From NCBI GenBank assembly GCA_025786725.1, contig JAHLTZ010000018.1:310001-374000 (forward strand): 64,000 bases of DNA, given 5' to 3'. Under the pieces are notes generated by a model, which did not search any database, was not told the DNA's origin, and was given only the letters and a program-made list of their open reading frames with translations. Position 1 is the stretch's first letter. The number at the start of each line of letters is the position of its first letter. Shown here piece by piece: positions 40,228 to 53,460 of the stretch. The position numbers and the translations under genes were made by a program. The DNA comes from Syncephalis fuscata S228. Lineage: Eukaryota; Fungi; Zoopagomycota.

Positions 40228-43200
40228 ATGCAACGACCATCCAATACCAAATCGTCAAACAATGTGCCTAACCGGCGTCGTCAACAACAACAACAGCAGC
40301 AGCAGCAGCAGCAGCAACCCCAACAACCACACCTACCACGTAATCGTGCACGTCCAAGTGCCACTGGTTCTACATTAACATCGCCATCAGATACAGTTGG
40401 ATCTACGGGTATTGGCGGCATTACTGAAGTATCCAATACAAGTCCGGCCAACACATCCATTCAGTTCTCTGACGATGTAAGACGCACCAACTATTCAGCA
40501 AACAAGCCACCGAGTATGCAGCCTGTCCCAGAAATACCCCATCCTACTGACACGGAGATGGATACAAATGACGAGTCTGAAACTGCTTCACTATTGGCCG
40601 CTTCCTCTTTAGTCTCTAATCGTAGTCGACAGTATGGCGGTGGCTATCGATACGGCCATGGGAATAGACCGCCACCCGGTGCAATGATATCTAATAGCCA
40701 TGCACTACCTTATGTGGACGATGAAGATGACGAAGAAGAGGACTATATGTAAGTATAATACTAATGCTAATACTAATATTTATTAATATTTATTAATATA
40801 TATACGTAAAAGATATCGCGGCAATCCTAGTGCTATGGATCAACGCCGTCAGACATGGGCCCAACCGGCATCATTCCAGAATAGTCCCTATGCCGGTTCA
40901 GTGGATACATATAATGGTGGGGGCGGTCAAGGTGCACCAGGTGCTATGTACGCTGAGCCTAGTTCTTATGTCAATCCATCCGATATGGGCAGCGGCCATC
41001 CACGTCGTCATTGGGGCACACCTAGTACACCTGTTTATCTAAGATCTCGTACGGCTGCTAAACGGTGGTTACGACGACGCAGTGGTACTTACGATGAAGT
41101 AAATCATGATTTAATGCGTGAAAACAACGGTATTCGTGTTTGGTATGCCGATTACACCACTATTGGTAAATAGCTATAATAACACTATTCGTAATAATAA
41201 TCTTGTTATTCTGTAGATTGGATTCATGATTTTGTTAAAGAACGGGTCCGTCTACGTAAACTACGGGCCATTAAAGGCGTACGGGGCTATTTTGCTAATG
41301 GACTGGATGCGATGCAAGGCTGGATACTTATGTTAATTATTGGTATTATTTGTGGTTGTGTTGCGGCGGGTATGGATATTTCTTCACGTTGGTTATTTGA
41401 TCTTAAATTTGGATTCTGTACCACAAATTTCCGTTGGAATCGTCAATTTTGTTGTTGGAGCAGTAACGGTAATTAACAAATGTATATGAATACAATTTAT
41501 TAATTATGTTATTACTACTACTATTATTATTATTAGATAAGGAACAGTGTTCAGATTGGGAGCCATGGTCCGATACTATTCCATTCTTTTACTCAGATCA
41601 TAAAGATACTTTTTTTAATTGGCTTTTTTATATTTTAATATCGGTAAATATCTACTAGATTGGCTATTAGAGTCATTATTTATGCTATCATTAGGTGGGA
41701 TTTGCTACTTTGGCGGCCCTTCTTGTTCACTATGCCGGTACACTGCCCACCACCAAGAAACTATCCAACGCCCAACCACTACGCCCTATTCCTCTCCCTC
41801 ATCCATTAACGGCCACGGGAGCAGAGTTTGAGCCAACCTTTATTAGTTACCAAATGGGTGGACAAAACCGTCCACGGACCGATAGTCAACCCCAGTATGA
41901 TCCATTAGGAGCCGATGCTATGACGGATATCAATACAAATGGTCCAGCATATCAAAAAGTGAAATATTTTGCTGCTGGTAGTGGCATTCCTGAAGTAAAA
42001 ACAATTCTTAGTGGTTTTGTTATTCGTGGTTTTTTAGGTATTCAAACCTTATGGGTCAAAGTAGTCAGTCTAGTAAGTTGTTGTTGTTGTTGTTGTTGTT
42101 GTTGTTAATACCATATTTATTGATTAATTGATCATTAGACACTGGCAGTTGCTTCTGGGTTAAGTATTGGTCGACAAGGGCCATTGGTGCACATTGCTTG
42201 TTGTGTGGGCAATATTGCCTGTCGCCTATTTAACAAATATAACAAGAATGAAGGTAGATGGCTACTTATTAGATGGAATATAACTGTTTATATTTATTTA
42301 TTTATTTATTTAATAGGAAAGCGACGAGAAATACTATCAGCATCGGCAGCAGCTGGTGTGGCCGTGGCTTTTGGTGCACCTATTGGTGGTGTTCTATTCA
42401 GTTTAGAAGAAGTCTCTTATTACTTTCCAAGTAAAACTATGTGGCGTAGTTTCTTTTGTGCTCTTACAGCGGCATTTACACTTAAAGTAATTATTGTTGT
42501 TGTTGTTGCTGTTGTTACTCTAATATGCAATAGGTCAGCTAATGAATAATATTAGATGATTAATCCATGGCAAACAGGCAAAATGGTGCTATTTCAAGTT
42601 ACTTATGACCGGGACTGGCATAATTATGATCTTATTGGATTTATTATACTAGGATTAGGCGGTGTAAGTAATTATAGCTATATAGGTATATATATAATAT
42701 AAATTATTGATCATAATCATACTAGGGCCTATATGGAGGTTTATTTATTCGTATGTTCAAAACATGGATTCAATCAAAGCCACACGACATTCTTGCTCGT
42801 CATCCAGTGCGTGAAGTAGCATTGGTTGCCTTATGTACTGCTCTTCTATCATGGGGTAACAAGTTTTGTCGGTAAGTGGCTATTACACTTCTATCTAGCA
42901 TTACTAATGATCTATTATGACTAAATAGATTGGATGCATCAGGATTTGTAGGTGATCTATTTAGTGAATGTACACCGGAAGACAATTTAGGCGGATTATG
43001 CGCGTAAGTGATGATGTGTTAATTCGTATAATGTAACGATTGACTAGTAATGACATTTAGACGCACAGAATATGAATATTATCATGTAGCAAAATTATTA
43101 GTGCTGGCTATGTTTATCAAAATGGTTACTACAGTTATTATTGTTGGTGCAAAGGTATTAATAGAGTAATGTACGTATTTATATTATTCGTATTTAACAC

Positions 43201-44368
43201 ACCCTGTTCTAGGTACCAGCCGGTGTCTTTATTCCTCACATGGTATTTGGTGCAGCATTTGGCCGAGTGGTTGGCATGACAATGCAACACTTTTATCGAA
43301 TCTATCCCGATACATCATTCTTTTCATCTTGTGTAGCCGGTGATAGTTGTCTTATGCCTGGTGTATATGCCATGGTTGGTGCTGCAGCCACTGTAACTGG
43401 CGTTACTCGTATGACATGTAAGCGATTGCTATTACTATTACCACCATTATTACTAGTTACTGATATAATGACGATGATAGTATCTATGTCGGTGATTATG
43501 TTTGAATTGACCGGCTCGTTAACTTATATGATTGTATGTAACCAATAGCAAGTATATTATACTCCTACTAATGAATGTATTTGTTATGTGCATATAGCCG
43601 GTAATGATTGCGGTTATGATTGCTAAATGGACTGCCGATGCCGTACACCGCGCCTCATTTTTTGAAGTAATGATTGAACGCAATGGCCATCCTTATTTAG
43701 ATAACAAGAAAGACTTTATTCGGGTTGGTTCAACGGCCGAGGTTATGGAACGAGGATTTGAAGTGATCGATATCGATGACACAAATACCGTAACTGAATT
43801 AACTGAGAAACTCGACCGTTTAGGTAAATAGCATTAGCAAGTTGTACAATAATATGCTTAATCTATATTTAGTACGTAATGGTTATCCAGATGGTGGATT
43901 CCTATTGTAGAGGCTGATGTACTTATTGGGTATATTGCTTCGTCCGAACTAAACCATGCATTAAGTAAGTTGTATTTGATTATTAGTATATTATTATATT
44001 GGCAAAATTGTTGTTAATTTAAACGATTAGATAAAGTAAAACATAAAGGTGAACATGTTCGTTGCTATTTCAAGCGTATCGGTGGTGGTGGGGCAACTGG
44101 ACAAGTACACGATAAATTAAACGATTTTACCGCTTATATGGATCGAGTAAGTGTTTATATTAATAGTGTTGTTTGTATTAATAATATGTTATAATTGTAG
44201 GCACCTCTATCTGTATCACAATCAGCTTCTATGGAGCTTGTTATGGAATTGTTTGCCAAGATGGGTGTCCGTTACTTGTGTGTAGTGCGACATGGTCGAT
44301 ATGTTGGCATGATTCACAAGAAACGTTTACTTGCCTATTTGCATCAATTGGAAGAGGAGACAAGATGA
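40228..44368 (+). CDS. CLC-family chloride channel/transporter (Gef1/ClC-3-like) with CBS domains; apparent 1-nt deletion near 43901
   Basis: Motifs [65 protein letters not shown] and [14 protein letters not shown], plus C-terminal CBS repeats. Confidence 0.93.
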
Positions 44369-45035
44369 ACGTGATTCTCAATTGAATTATTATATTAATT
44401 AAAATCTATATTCATTATCACGATTACATAAAATCATGTGTATGTAAGTGTGAGTACAAGTATATATACATATATATATATTTATGTGTGTGTGTGTAAG
44501 TGTGACTGGTCTGACTTGATTTATGTAAGTGTGGTCACTATCCTACCACGTGGATGCATATATGGTAGATCTCCTTTTATTCTATATTACTATTGCTTTG
44601 TCTCTTCTTCATCTTTCTTTTTTCCATCGACAATCTCGTTTGTTTATTTGTCAATTGGTCGAGAACACCTATAGCAACCTGTTTATCAAAACTGCTTTTG
44701 CATAATAATACTATTAAATAAGTATACTTGTGCTTTAGATTAGGATTGTAAGTAGTGAATATATGCTCGTTAAAGCAGCGAGAACAGCATCGATAGCCAG
44801 CATTTAGATGGCATCACTATAGATTAAAGTTAACACGTCGACTTGCTCTAGTCTATTCTCTATTCGATACTATTCTAGGCGTGCTACTACTATTGTTAAT
44901 TGTACTTTTGATAATTACTTGTGGTGTAGAGAAAGAACACCAATACTATTCGAATACAATTAATTTAAATAGTGTATATGCACTCATTAAGTATTGCTTA
45001 CAAGTCAATTATCTATACCGCAAGCTATAAAGGAT

Positions 45036-47509
45036 ATGACATTTGAGCAAATGACTAGCATACATAGTGCAATGGCCTCACTTACTATAGCGAGCAATGC
45101 TGGTTCAACGAGTTCCATACTTAATCGTTCATCACTACACGATAGCCATTATACTAACCATAAAAATGGAGAGAATGAAGAAGAAGAAGAAGAAGAACAA
45201 AATCAAACGATGTTAAACACGCATTGGCATCGTTTATCTGAACAATCCTCGCCTACAACTGGCTCTCATTTAAATTTACCTGAAGCGGATGATAATGATG
45301 CCATATCTGACATTGAGGATCCACATGGTGATGCAGAACTTACGGATCGCGATAGAAAAGAATTTATAGGTGAATTGAGATTTGCACGACAAGCTTCTAT
45401 AGATATGACAGTGTCAGCTAAGCAGAACGGCTACATGGCCAGTTTATATACGTCGGATCAGTCTACTATTGATGCTACAACAATACCTGTTGAAACAACA
45501 ATAACAACAAAGATAACAACAGCAGCAGCAGCCAATAATATAGCGCTACCGGATGTTCATGTTGAATCGACTATATCTCATGAGCGTACATGGAGCAATA
45601 CAAGTGTTACAGCGGCAACTTCAACTGCTTTACCGCATCTTACATCAATAGAACGATTGCCCAATGAAGTTATTGTTCAAATTCTATTTCTAATCAGGCA
45701 TCGACCGTCATTATATGCTTGTTTAATGGTATCACGTCGATTCTGCCAACTTACCGTCGAGTTACTTTGGTTAAAACCATCCTTTGCCAGCGAACGACAG
45801 TTACACCGAATGTTTTCAGTTTTAGGTCGATTTCCTTCAGCGATGTATTTTAAATATCCGTTATTTATTCGTCGTTTAAGTCTACAACTATATGCGATAT
45901 AATTAAAGATAGTCTACTGGGCCGACTTAAGGAATGTCGGCGATTGGAGCGAGTTAATTTGGCCGGTTGTCGTTTGATTACACAAGATATGATGTTTGCG
46001 ATCATTCCACGATGGCAATCACTTATTACGCTTGATTTGACAGGCTGTAAAGTAGCCGTTGTTGACTCGGTCATTGAAAAGATTGCGCAGAACTGCCGCG
46101 GTTTACAAAATATCTACTTGGGACAGTGTCGGCAACTTACCGATGAATCTATAACAACACTAGCCAATATGTGTACAAAATTACGACGTGTAAGTAGCAT
46201 TAAAGAAAGTGAAATAATATTATAGCTAACTAACTATTAACATATTAATTAATTAGATTAATTTAAGCCATTGTGATCGTGTTACAGATGCGGCTATTTG
46301 CGCACTTTCCAATAACTGTCCTGTATTAACTGAAATTGATTTATCACACTGTTATCTTATTACAGATGATTCAATGCTTGCATTATTACCAACCCGTCCG
46401 CGTCTTCGTGAACTTCGAGTTAATAGCTGTTTACTGCTAACAGATCAGGCATTTTCTGCTTTGCCTCACTTAAACGAGTACATGCGCGTACTTGACTTGA
46501 CATCGTGCCCATTAATTACAGATCTAACAGTACAAACTGTTGTGGCACGTTGCCCACGACTACGAGCAATTGATTTAGCCAAATGTCCCCAACTCACTTC
46601 ATCGGCAGTACGTGCTTTATTGCCACTTGGTCGATCATTGCAATATTTGCATTTAGGTCATTGTTCACGCATTACCGACGCGTCTATCTTCCAGCTGGCA
46701 CGGCATTGCACTCGTCTACGCTATTTGGATTTGGGCTGTTGTACGCGAATTACCGATGCATCGGTACGAGAACTTGCATCGCTAACACGTCTACGCCGAC
46801 TTGGTCTCGTTCGCTGCCTATCGATCACTGATGCAGCATTAAACGAAATTGTTAGAGTAGGCCGTGCCACGGCTACACTCGAACGCATCCATCTAAGCTA
46901 TTGTGCTCAGCTGAGTACAAAAGCCGTTCTTAATCTTATGAACACGTGTCCTGGCCTTAATCATCTTAGTGTCACGGGTGTGCCGGCTTTTCTGCACCCT
47001 GACATTCAAAAGTACTGTCGCGAGCCGCCAAGTGAATTCAACGTTTTACAACGCGAATCGTTTTGCGTATTTAGTGGACAAGGCGTACGTGATGTACGTG
47101 ACTATCTAAATGCACGTCAGCAAAAGGAGGAAAGCATACGTGAAATAGATGGCGCAGTCTGGAGGTCGAGCAATACAACTGTATCAGCTATTGCTCAAGC
47201 GAATGTTGCCGCGGCCATGTACAGTCAAAATACATCGCCTATCTCACCACAAGCATTAGCCGGTTATTGCAGCCACCTACACCACTACTATCATCACCAC
47301 CACCATTTTTATCATCCAACACAGCGCATGAAAGCTTAGAGACTAATTCTACTGACTTGCCTGCAAACCCGGGTGCAGGTACCCTTTCTACAGCTACTAC
47401 TACTACTACTACTACTGGTTCTACTGCTACTGCCAATATGCATGAACAATATCATGCAGAGGCGAATGCAGAAGCAATATTACCCGCACCCGGCTCACCG
47501 CAGCTATAA
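45036..47509 (+). CDS. GRR1: F-box/LRR SCF substrate receptor, Grr1-like (apparent 1-nt deletions near 45885 and 47263)
   Basis: F-box IERLPNEVIVQIL..CLMVSRRF..VELLW.KP, about 12 Cys-containing LRRs (LHLGHCSRITD, LERIHLSYC), and the Grr1-type C-cap HLSVTGVPAF..YCREPPSEFN..QRESFCVFSG. Confidence 0.88.
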
Positions 47510-48395
47510 TATTTGCTTTTAGTTCATAGCTTTGTCGTAGTATTATGCCTTCCTTTATTGCAATGTATTCCATTATTCCACCAAATCTTTATTATATAAA
47601 ACATTACTAAATCTAAAATGCGTAGCTTTATCAATGGAATTAAATAATGCTATTTTATACACTTAATTATATAGTAATTAACATTTTACTATACCATTTT
47701 ACGCAGCTTTCATTTAAATCACGTGAACATTTGCCATTTAAATGATATGTATTCAAATGTGATGATATTCACTGTTCCATTCGGTCAATGCACATTACTC
47801 TATAATGTAGCGGTCCGAATACTGCTAAATGTTACCTGTGCATAATTTTACAAAATCCTTATGCAGACTTTACAACCACACGAGGTTACATGCATCGCGT
47901 CGCATTTCCCTACACATTTACTTCTTCCTTTGGGCCGAAAAACAGTGACGACGCGACGACGACGGCGACAACAATATGCCATGTTTTTTCTCCTACTTTA
48001 ATTCTATATAATAAACCTATTGGAACTTACTAACTGATTAGAATATTCAAATCATTTTTAGTATTTATCTTTATGTACGATTGTACTCACTGATTCTAGT
48101 GGTCTTTGTGTATTCACGTGGTAGCTTCCCCTTTGCCTCTTATTAGCACATAGGTTGCTAGTTATTTATAAGTGCCTCCTCCTGACACTCTATACCAACA
48201 GCAGTTCATCACCTTACCAAATTATCCTTGAACTTGAGTCGGGCGTTTTGCTGCAGAGGATGCCATGCCAATAATTGTGCTTCTTTTGTACCATACATAG
48301 CTATTTCTTTTATTTACTTCGTTTACTGTACTATACAACTATATTTATTTCGTATTTATTTCGTATTTATTAGTTAGACTTTTATTGATACAACT

Positions 48396-49487
48396 ATGGA
48401 TCTAATGGAAGCATTTATTTGCTTTTCAAATAAGCAAAACTTTCACATAGGCACTGAATGGATTAAAAACGCCAGCACTACACTATGGCGAATTCCGTTA
48501 CATCCTTCTGGAGAAGTGCTATTAGCCACTTTCTAAGTGAAGACTTGAACGATATAAAACTTACACGAGCACGATTAGTAGCAGTTATGCCGCAGCTAAT
48601 TATTAATTTACTGATTGGTTGTTTTTTTATACGTAATCTTACTATTGCTTTCAAAATGGTATTTGCACATCCGCGCTATCTTTCGAACTGGTGCTGTCTA
48701 ATCCCCTCGATACTTGGCACTTGTGGATCTATTATGACAAGTGCTATTGTCTATCCAATCAGCGGCATTAATTGCCGTATACTTATATGGTATTTTGAAT
48801 TTAGTATTTCCATATCCAATCTTTGCAGTGGTACCATTGTGTTGCAAAATGCTTATTTAATTATGCGTAAGCAACGATGGATCCTAAAGATTGGCATTCC
48901 TTTTATGTTGCCTCAACTTGTTATGTTCGCCGTGACATGGTCGGTTTGCCCCGTTACACTTACTACGCACAGCGGCTGTCAAGTCAACTATCCCTCGTTG
49001 GTGCTCTGGATATGGTTTATTTTATTAACGCCTATTAATACGTTCTTTTCGATCATATTTATCTATGTAGTGCATAAACAGTATCGCACATTTGGCTCTG
49101 ATGCGTGGAGACATCTTGCCCGTAATGGTACACAGATTATGACATTTGTCGTCTTGTGCAATCTTTTTTGCGCCACTACAATTCTATTTAACTTTAGTGG
49201 TAGTTTTTCTGAATTGTTTTTCCTCATAGACTGGTAAGTGCTTATTTAACAGCGTGTAATTTTTAGTTTTTCATTTTTTCTATGTTAGGATAATTACATC
49301 AACATTACTTATTATGCACTGCCAAAATATAAAACAAGCGGTTCATATGTCAACACGCCCAAATACTAGATTTATGGTTCATGTTTCGCAGATTGAGACG
49401 GCACAAACACCAAACAGTCAATATTTAGAGTTGCACCTTCCTTTAAGCTCTAATGCGACGTCTCGTTCTGATATAGAAGATAATTAA
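48396..49487 (+). CDS. Multi-pass (about 6-7 TM) membrane protein, GPCR-like, unknown function; apparent 1-nt deletion near 48516
   Basis: Several hydrophobic segments with Cys residues after TM2 (INC) and in the next outer loop (CPV..GC). One intron at 49234-49287. The upstream ATG frame MDLMEAF..WRIPLHPSGE joins the main ORF if one A is added. Confidence 0.7.
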
Positions 49488-49810
49488 TTGTACAATAAAT
49501 ACTTACTTGCTAATTAGATATGTTTATTACTACATTGTAAACATATTACAAGCTGTAGAATACATGTTGTCTTTCCACTATGTTTTTGTTTTTACTTTGA
49601 ATCCATCATAGCATATTATAATTTAATATTATTTCTATTATTGTTGCTATCATCTTGCTATGTCTAATAGTTGTTTGGTAATATTTAAAAGACACAATGA
49701 TTTGAATCTATTGATTTATGTTGATTAACTAAACAATTATCAATATTCTATTAATATAAAATTAATTGGGCATAATCATTATCAAATATTATGCAAACGA
49801 CATAAACTAT

Positions 49811-51167
49811 TTATTTAGATGGATTACCAAACCATCCAGATACAGCACTTTTAGCTTGGCTAATATAGCTAACGGATGGTTTAATTTTGTCCCAATATTG
49901 TGGTGGACTAGGACGCAGAGCCGGATTAGCCACCAAAAGATCTTTGATAATGTTGGTCAATGGCTCCGCCAACGAATCCGCTAACTGCCTATCCGATGGG
50001 CTAAGTTCCCTATTACGGATAAACAGATTTGTGTACGCTGCCCTGCTTACTCCTTTGCGATAGATACCTCGAAGTCCTGTTTCAAAATCGTACTGCGCAT
50101 TAATCAAGTGTGTGCCGGTGAGCAAAAAGCGAAGCGTTGCCGCAATAGACCATGAATCCTTTTTGGTAGGATCTTTAATATCCTCTACAACGACCTCAGG
50201 CGCAAGATAGGGAAGAGTACCCGAGTAAAAATCTGAAGGGTCAAACCGGCCATTTGAATTCTTCAATGGCATGGCAATATCAAAATCAACCAATGTAGCC
50301 TTTGGTTCTTGACGGTTCTTGGGATTTGGGAACGATATCATGATATCTGCATGCCATTAGCTATAATAGCAAAACCGATCAAATTTACTTACTTTCCGGC
50401 TTAATGTCATTATGAACTAATCCTGCGTTGACGATGTAGGCCGAACCTAATTTCAAGTAATTGTTAGTAATGCTGGCAACTATTAAATGCCTAATATAAG
50501 CACAAACCATTTATAATCTGGTAAATAACAATCTTTAACACTCTGATCTTTTCTTTAATATCTTTTATACGGTCTATATATTCCAGAAGATTTATTTCAC
50601 CGTCGTATGAGTACACAAAGCAAGTATCCTTTTTATAATCGAAAAAGGTATAGGGTTCAGAAACATATCGTCGCCCACTTGCTTGCTCTCCATTTAGAGT
50701 TTTTAGTGCACTGTAAAGCATCTATTATACAAAATATAAGTTATTAAATGTGCTAAATGGCTATTTACGCTATAATCTTACTCCAAATGCCATTTTCTCT
50801 CTCTGTACTGCTTCCAGATTGGAGCTGTCTTTTTCTGTTTCTCGTCTGTCAACGCACTTGATAAAAGCCATGCGTCTATTGTGTTCACCGATGGCCAGAT
50901 TTATGCCTGTTTTATCACTACTACCTAGTGGTTTGTAGATAGATAGACCAGGTTTGCCAAATGCACTTTTACCGTTTAGGGTTTGGCCCATAAATTCATT
51001 AGCATATCCATCTAATAGTAACAAGTTAATTATAGTTTAGTAGATTATTTGGGATTTACCTATGCTTATTTGACCATTTAATGGAGTTGCAGTAGCAAGA
51101 TATGCAGTGGTAGTGATGATGCATAGCATCGCACTAAGCATGGCTACCAAAGAGCCTTGAGGAATCA
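49811..51167 (-). CDS. Divergent protein kinase-like protein with N-terminal signal peptide (5 exons)
   Basis: Exon 1 reads MIPQGSLVAMLSAMLCIITTTAYLATATPLNGQISI. Later motifs are AFIKC, LVHNDIKPE(N)IMI, LVDFD, SGTLPYLAPE, DSWSIA and NPALRPS. Confidence 0.82.
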
Positions 51168-51994
51168 TTTTAGTATTTGTAAGTTCTATAGGTTTGAAAA
51201 GGAAGAAAATATGAGGCGAGGGAAATATAAGGCAATCTAGTATAAAAATTCAGCACGTTTAAATAGTATTTATTGAGCTTTCAGCTAGATAAAAACGTGC
51301 AGAATGTGTCGTTAATTGATTTATTAATATAGAAATGTAATAGCTCCGTTCAAAGCAATTTAGAAAGAGCTGATTTCAGTATGACGTCAAAATAAATGGT
51401 TTTGTGCTAAAACCCCGCTTTGTACAAATAAGTACATTGTAACATAACATATATGGCAACGGAATAACTTAACAACGTGTGGTTGTTTTAGAACAATCCA
51501 TTTAGTTGCAAAAAGAAATTGAGCTTATATTGTTACTTTTATTTAAAAAAGAATTCTTGACATTGTAATAATGCCTTTTTTAGCAGAACATTTATCTTGC
51601 TTATGCCAAAATAGACAACGGATCTACATGGAAAATCTTTTACACGACGTAATATTCCATATACAAAAGGTTGTATTGTTACTATTCTGACATTATGGTC
51701 ATGTTGCTATAACAACATAAGTTCCAATTCATTTTTTACTTCTAAATCGTTGTCAGTTTTTTACTAATGAAAGCGTAATTTGTTGAAGCGACGCTGTGTT
51801 AACTTCGCTAAATTCAAGCGGAGATAAGCCAGTTGGCGCTATTTCCAATATTCGCCTATAGCATTCCCATTGTATACTCATACTAGTATATGCTGATCAA
51901 ATTCTATTTACTATGTACTTTAACATACACTACTAGTTTACTTATTGCGCTATAGTTTATTATAGTTATTTGAATTTAATTAATGAGTTGTTAG

Positions 51995-52574
51995 TGATGC
52001 TTAATAACCAATATGATTGTGGGTCGAATGTCTACATTTAATAATATTCGTGCAATTAACTAAACACTCTGAATATTTTAATAAAGCAATAAATTTATGC
52101 ATGCCATATTGTTTGCATATTTATCTGTATGTGAATAAACGAAATTGATCAAAGCTTGTTGGTAATTGAACTAGAGACAAACGGACAGCAGTCACGAATA
52201 TTATGTGGCTATTACAAGATCAACGGTATAGAATAGAACAAATATAAAGTGGAAAGTGTATGATTAGTAGTGTTAACGTTACAATTCATAAAACCTTACC
52301 ATTGATGCACAATATTTATACGCATTGTAAAATAACATTATTTGTTATTCTAAATATATAAGATTATTGTAGAAATGCAGTATTATTATATCTGACAGCT
52401 ATGATTACAACAAAAATATCTTTTATTTATTAAGAATAGCTTAAAATACCAATAAACTTTATTTTATAAATTTAATCGTAGAAACATTGCATCAATGTTA
52501 TGCCAGTATTTAGCAGTATTGAAAAGTAACTCTAATGCAATTAGGTGATAAAGATACCATTTAATTTAAAAAAT
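51995..52574 (+). repeat. Dispersed ~580-bp non-coding repeat, copy 2
   Basis: Near-identical direct copy of 25019-25599. Confidence 0.95.
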
Positions 52575-52963
52575 TGTTAATAACATATGCGAATAATTAT
52601 AAAAGTAATACATTTATCAAATAGTGATATACAACTAAGAATAAACATACAATTATTACGAGAATACGAGAATTAAATGACTGTTGATTGTAAACATATG
52701 AGCAGTAAAATGAAAAAAATGATTTGTTTTAATGATGAAATGCTACAAAATATTCATATTTTATTATTAGCTATATTTATCATACAACAATGTCTTAATT
52801 TAATACCAATAGATATTATTAGTCGTTATCATTTTATTGCTACTTGGTGCCATACAAATTATTCAGTTTATTATAATTAAACTGTAATAATTAATAACCA
52901 ATGAGGAATAAGTTTATTATCAAGTCAACACTAATTAATCAACAATTATATTCTGAGTGTTGA

Positions 52964-53145
52964 GAATTCATTGGCATGTTCATCTAATATTAATAAGTTA
53001 ATTAATAGTTTTAGTGGATTATCTGTAAATTACATATGCTTATTTGGTCATTTAATGGAGCTGCAGTAGCAAGATATGCAGTGCTAACAATGATGACGCA
53101 TAACATCGCATTAAACATGGCTACCAAGTAGGCTTGAAGAATCAT
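52964..53145 (-). pseudogene. Truncated paralogue of the secreted kinase (signal-peptide exon, intron 1 and the start of exon 2)
   Basis: MILQAYLVAMFNAMLCVIIVSTAYLATAAPLNDQISI aligns with exon 1 at 51167-51059. The intron and the first ~18 nt of exon 2 (..GCCAATGAATT) also align, and then similarity stops. Confidence 0.8.
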
Positions 53146-53460
53146 TTTGGTATTTGCAATTTTTTATAATTTTGAAAAAGCAATTTAGCATGAAGGTGTG
53201 GCCGATCGATACAGGTGTATTGTTACGATTACTAGAATGGCACAAGTGTAGTGATTTATGTGAATAAAATAAAATAAAAGTGAACTATCGTTTATTAGTA
53301 TGCAAATATTTATGTCTTTTACATCCGAGTAGCTTCTGCTGTCATTACTGAAGCTATTAAAAAATAAAAATAAAATGGAAATAAGAACATCGTGAAATGA
53401 CACACATGGCGATGGAGCAAAGTAACATTGTGTAGCTGTTTTAAAGAAAATTTATTTAAT

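Noticed and set aside
25019-52574. LTR retrotransposon bounded by the two ~580-bp direct repeats
   Set aside because: The 27-kb interior holds ordinary genes with no gag or pol, and no TG..CA termini, primer-binding site or target-site duplication were seen.
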